This document shows positions 60,506 to 64,000 of a stretch of 64,000 nucleotides of DNA, piece by piece. Source of the stretch: Veillonella sp. (GTDB lineage Bacteria; Bacillota; Negativicutes; Veillonellales; Veillonellaceae). Every line of letters starts with the position of its first letter. Within the stretch, counting starts at the first letter, position 1. The notes under the pieces were generated by a model. It was not told the origin of the DNA, searched no databases, and worked only from the letters and a program-made list of their open reading frames with translations. The stretch spans positions 271,181 to 335,180 of the forward strand of contig NZ_JAGZMO010000002.1 in NCBI RefSeq assembly GCF_018364065.1, given 5' to 3'. Position numbers and translations under genes: made by a program.

Positions 60506-61291
60506 TTATCGCTTATACGCAATTACGATATGACGATATGGTTCTTCCCCTTCACTGTCTGTTACAATGTGAGGATCATTTTGTAGGGTTAAGTGAATCA
60601 CTTTACGCTCAAAAGCGCTCATAGGTTCCAACGCAATTTTTTGACGGTTGCGTTTAACCTTGGAAGCCAATCGCTTGGCTAAGTTTACGAGCGTCTCTTC
60701 CCGACGAGCTCGATAGTTTTCCACATCCACTACGATGTAGCAACGACCGGCTGATTCTTTGTTAGCTACCAAGTTTGTTAAGTACTGGATAGCATCTAAG
60801 GTTTGACCATGTTTACCGATCAAAATTCCCAGTTCTTCACCGTGAATCTGATAGGTGATCTTATCAGCGGTCATCATTTTTTCAATTTGAACGGTTAAGC
60901 CCATTTTGGCAAACATATCATTCAAAAATTGTTTTCCTTTATCGGCAATCTGAATTTGCTCTTCCTTGGAAAGGCTTGGTTTAGCATCTTTCTTTGGAGC
61001 TGTTTCCACTTCATCAGCTACTTCAGAGGAAACAACAGGCTCTTCAGATTTAGCAGCCGGAATCACATCTTCTTTCACTGCAGATTCAACTACAGTTTCA
61101 GATTCGGATTCAGCAGCTTCTTCAAAATAAATACGGATTAATGCATCGCGGCGACCGAAACCGAGGAATCCGCCTGCCGGCTCTTCCAACACTTTCGTGT
61201 CTACAACTACTTTACCTTCACTGGCCAGTTGAGCTTTTCCTTTAGCAATTGCATCTTCAACCGTTTTTGCTGAAATCTCAATAAAATCCAT
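60506..61291 (-). CDS. jag: Jag/KhpB RNA-binding protein (KH + R3H domains)
   Basis: Position after yidC, Jag_N, KH and R3H-like regions. Confidence 0.8.
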   Translation of the reverse strand: MDFIEISAKTVEDAIAKGKAQLASEGKVVVDTKVLEEPAGGFLGFGRRDALIRIYFEEAAESESETVVESAVKEDVIPAAKSEEPVVSSEVADEVETAPKKDAKPSLSKEEQIQIADKGKQFLNDMFAKMGLTVQIEKMMTADKITYQIHGEELGILIGKHGQTLDAIQYLTNLVANKESAGRCYIVVDVENYRARREETLVNLAKRLASKVKRNRQKIALEPMSAFERKVIHLTLQNDPHIVTDSEGEEPYRHIVIAYKR

Positions 61292-61293
61292 AA

Positions 61294-61950
61294 TTAATTC
61301 TCCTTATTATCGTTACGATAGATAAAGAATTGCTGAATCATTTGGAATATATTGGACACAACCCAGTATATAACCAAACCACTAGCGAAGTTCAAACTGA
61401 TATAACCAATAAACAACGGCATGAAAATCTGCATGATTCGTTGTTGCCCTGCAGCAGCACCGGTTGCGGAACTGCCACTTTGTTTACTCATAATATAAGT
61501 AGACAAGGCACTGAGTATTGGTAAAATATACAGATGATCCGGCACACTGAGGCTTGGCAACCATAAGAAGTTTTCGTAACCTGCTTCATATGGGAAATCG
61601 CGAAGGGCATAGAAAATTGCAATAAGGAACGGCATCTGTACAATCAATGGTAAACAACCGGATAACGGATTGATACCAAGCTCTTTGTAAAGACGACCCA
61701 TTTCTTCCTGTAATTTCTTAGGATCATTCTTGTACTTGTTTTGAAGTTCTTTAATCTTCGGCTGTAAGGCTTGCATACCGCGCATAGATTTAATTTGTTT
61801 TACTGTAAGAGGCGATAAGATTGCTTTAATTACAATCGTAAGCAAAATAATCGCAATGCCGTAGCTTGGAATCCCGATAGCTTTTGTAAAGTCGAAACTG
61901 TACATAACCAGGGATTGCATAAATTCAACTAATGCGTCAAAGATTCCCAA
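61294..61950 (-). CDS. yidC: membrane protein insertase YidC/Oxa1 (short form)
   Basis: 218 aa, 5 TM, conserved YidC core; sits between jag and yidD. Confidence 0.85.
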   Translation of the reverse strand: MGIFDALVEFMQSLVMYSFDFTKAIGIPSYGIAIILLTIVIKAILSPLTVKQIKSMRGMQALQPKIKELQNKYKNDPKKLQEEMGRLYKELGINPLSGCLPLIVQMPFLIAIFYALRDFPYEAGYENFLWLPSLSVPDHLYILPILSALSTYIMSKQSGSSATGAAAGQQRIMQIFMPLFIGYISLNFASGLVIYWVVSNIFQMIQQFFIYRNDNKEN

Positions 61951-62070
61951 TTGTCTTCTCCTATATTGAGTCTAATGTGACGTATCCTATCCTTTACATG
62001 TCCATATCTCGTTATGGTATGGTCTATATTTCATCCATACAGACACTTCGGCATTTCCAAAACTGTGCTA

Positions 62071-62301
62071 TTAAGGTAATGGATCGTAGCCTCCCTTATG
62101 CCAAGGGTGACATTTTAAAATCCGTTTAATTCCTAAATAGCTGCCTTTAAAAGGACCATATTTGCGTAATGCATCTAAAGTATACGTCGAACAGGTGGGA
62201 TAAAAACGACAGGATTGCAGTTTTAATGGCGAAATACAATATCGATACAATTGGACCAGGCCAATCAATATCAGATTGATTGCATATGTTATATACCTCA
62301 T
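62071..62301 (-). CDS. yidD: membrane protein insertion efficiency factor YidD
   Basis: 76 aa, conserved Cys-rich YidD motif (YQ..ISP...CRF.PTCS.Y). Confidence 0.85.
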   Translation of the reverse strand: MRYITYAINLILIGLVQLYRYCISPLKLQSCRFYPTCSTYTLDALRKYGPFKGSYLGIKRILKCHPWHKGGYDPLP

Positions 62302-62323
62302 AGAACTACCTCTTTATAAGCGC

Positions 62324-62692
62324 TTACGCCTTAGTGCTCTTCAGCAATTTGCACTTTCTAAAAAGATACATCAGCTCTTTACAGGCCTCTTCATAGGTTG
62401 CTTTGCTCAGTTTAGCCCGACCCACTACGACAATGGCATACCCTTCTTTCAGTTTATGCTGATTCAGGCGATATACTTCCTTCATCAGTCGCCGCGCACG
62501 ATTGCGCTCCACGGCGCCGCCTACCTTTTTACCTGTTACGAAACCGATCCGGGTGGACTGCTTCGCTACGGGCATACGATAGACTACGCACAAACGACCT
62601 ACTTCATAGGTACCATGTCTATAGACAAGACGATATTCATTATTTTTACGAATTCTTCGTGCTTTATCTAAGCCATATGTTACTTCGTTCAT
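62324..62692 (-). CDS. rnpA: ribonuclease P protein component
   Basis: 122 aa, basic, RNR motif region (RNRARRLMKE). Confidence 0.9.
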   Translation of the reverse strand: MNEVTYGLDKARRIRKNNEYRLVYRHGTYEVGRLCVVYRMPVAKQSTRIGFVTGKKVGGAVERNRARRLMKEVYRLNQHKLKEGYAIVVVGRAKLSKATYEEACKELMYLFRKCKLLKSTKA

Positions 62693-62770
62693 TCTTACAT
62701 CCTATGCCATTATGAATAGAAAAACTTGGCAGCAGCGCCAAGTTTTTTCTCCTGCCTAAAAGCTATTATA

Positions 62771-62905
62771 TTATGCAGATAATTTCTTTCTGCCTTTAGC
62801 ACGACGTCTTTTCAATACAAGACGACCGCCAATAGTCTTCATACGTTCACGGAAACCATGAGTACGTTTTCTCCAAAGCGTATTTGGTTGGTAAGTACGT
62901 TTCAT
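62771..62905 (-). CDS. rpmH: 50S ribosomal protein L34 (44 aa)
   Basis: [44 protein letters not shown]; GGAGG RBS; missed by ORF track (<60 aa). Confidence 0.95.
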   Translation of the reverse strand: MKRTYQPNTLWRKRTHGFRERMKTIGGRLVLKRRRAKGRKKLSA

Positions 62906-62949
62906 GTATAAAACACCTCCTTGAGATTGGTCTAGTAATTACTTATACC

Positions 62950-63519
62950 ATAACAGTATAAGTATAAGTATAAAGGCCTGTTCTGTCAATACTTTCCGCC
63001 ACTTTTTCCCGCCTATTCTCCTTATATATACTATTATATTATAATTTACCACAACCCGGTCAAAGGCCATTGTCATTCATTTTGAAAAAGCAATTATAAA
63101 ATCTCATATTCACATGTATTTTTTTCATGCTCTATATAGTATAAAATTTGTTAAATCTAACTCTTCATATACAAAATAGCACAAAGAGCTCCGATTTATG
63201 CACAGTCAAGAAGGTGTGCATATGTAATACGCCATGACAAGGCCGGGCTTTTCTGTTAGAATATAAGGGAAAAGAAAAGAAACTATATGAGTAAGAATTT
63301 ACATATATGTGAGTATATTAATAGGTTATAAACAAGATATACACAACTTATGCACTTGTTATCCACAGTACGGTCAAGATGTGTAAGAAGCCCGTGTTTA
63401 ACGCTTGTAATAACCTTTTTCTTTGTCTTTTTTTGTAGATTTTAAAAAGTTATACACAGTTTTTTATAATTTATAATTAAAGATATTCACATATATCTAA
63501 CTCTTGGAAAGGAATGTCT
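62950..63519. other. candidate oriC region: AT-rich with DnaA boxes between rpmH and dnaA
   Basis: TTATCCACA (63359..63367, perfect), TTATGCACA (63196..63204), TTATACACA (63450..63458) plus several 2-mismatch boxes and long AT tracts. Confidence 0.6.
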
Positions 63520-64000
63520 ATGCCCAGCATTAATCTCAATGAGTTTTGGAGCCAAGTCCGCGAAGATAGCCGTACGCGTATGGATCCGACGCTCTGGAAG
63601 ACCACCATTTATTGGCTGCTGCCGGTGGAACTTGATGAATCTAAAAATAATCTGGTCCTCATGACCATGCAAAATTATATTCGTGAAATCATTCAAGCTG
63701 ATTCTTCCATAAGTACTAACTTAAATAAATCCTTAAATAGAATTTGGAAACAGGTAAAACCGGAAAGCGACCACACCCTTACGTTTACTATAAAAAGCGT
63801 TCAGGAGTCGAGCTCCCCGGCAGACGAACCGGTACAAACGGCACCGCCTGTTCAAACTGCTCAAACCGTGCAAGCAGCGCAACCGATTGAGCCACAAGAA
63901 GCGGCCCCTACAGCTCCCGCTGCCTATGAGCAAGCACCTGCAGTATCACCGGTAACTGACGGCTACGAAGATGTGTCCGCCGTATCTCCTACAGTGCCTC
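63520..64000 (+). CDS. dnaA: chromosomal replication initiator DnaA (N-terminal 160 aa, continues beyond the window)
   Basis: MPSINLNEFWSQVRE...TIYWLLPVELDESKNNLVLMTMQNYIREII matches DnaA domain I, followed by Q/P/A-rich linker; GGAAAGGA RBS; open to the end of the window. Confidence 0.85.
   Translation, partial: MPSINLNEFWSQVREDSRTRMDPTLWKTTIYWLLPVELDESKNNLVLMTMQNYIREIIQADSSISTNLNKSLNRIWKQVKPESDHTLTFTIKSVQESSSPADEPVQTAPPVQTAQTVQAAQPIEPQEAAPTAPAAYEQAPAVSPVTDGYEDVSAVSPTVP

Noticed and set aside
1-64000. prophage / integrative element / transposon
   Set aside because: No integrase, recombinase, transposase, phage structural or conjugation genes anywhere in the window; the only hint is the inverted tRNA-end fragment

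Overview
This window reads as the origin-proximal region of a low-GC Negativicutes (Veillonella-like) chromosome, almost entirely minus-strand coding. Working backwards from the right edge the core set is: dnaA 5' end (plus strand) with an upstream DnaA-box/AT-rich oriC candidate, then rpmH, rnpA, yidD, yidC, jag, mnmE, mnmG and rsmG. Next comes a SAM-I riboswitch driving a split metH (activation-domain ORF followed by the main metH) and metF. Between metF and parA lies a cluster of 5 parS sites flanking a ~64-bp tandem repeat array. parA and parB follow (parB carries a long disordered insertion), then hydF, a DUF4446 gene, an M23 peptidase, a ytfI/ytfJ-like pair, skp/OmpH and an M20 peptidase. 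Further left are a cupin gene, a small nitrite/sulfite-reductase-like protein fused to DUF1858, an SfsA-DUF123 (GIY-YIG) fusion, ynfA, gyrA, a DUF2156 gene, a GNAT/SCP2 acetyltransferase, an SDR, two tandem ADP-ribosylglycohydrolase-like paralogs, a secreted phytase-like protein and leuABCD behind a T-box plus an odd second leader. The most unusual part is a ~7.7-kb minus-strand array (12272..19923): six paralogous proteins with an N-terminal zinc ribbon, a Q/N/Y/P-rich low-complexity linker and a C-terminal DUF805 membrane domain, plus one zinc-ribbon single-TM protein, a TcaA/YvbJ-like zinc-ribbon membrane protein and a NagZ-like GH3 lipoprotein. Directly upstream of it sits a T-box-controlled ECF transporter whose substrate-binding (S) membrane domain is fused to EcfA1, followed by ecfA2 and ecfT. 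The left end holds queC, an SGNH hydrolase, a cysK-cysE pair behind a T-box, a Met-rich multicopper oxidase with candidate operators, tRNA-Ser(GCU) and rubredoxin. No integrase, transposase or CRISPR was found.
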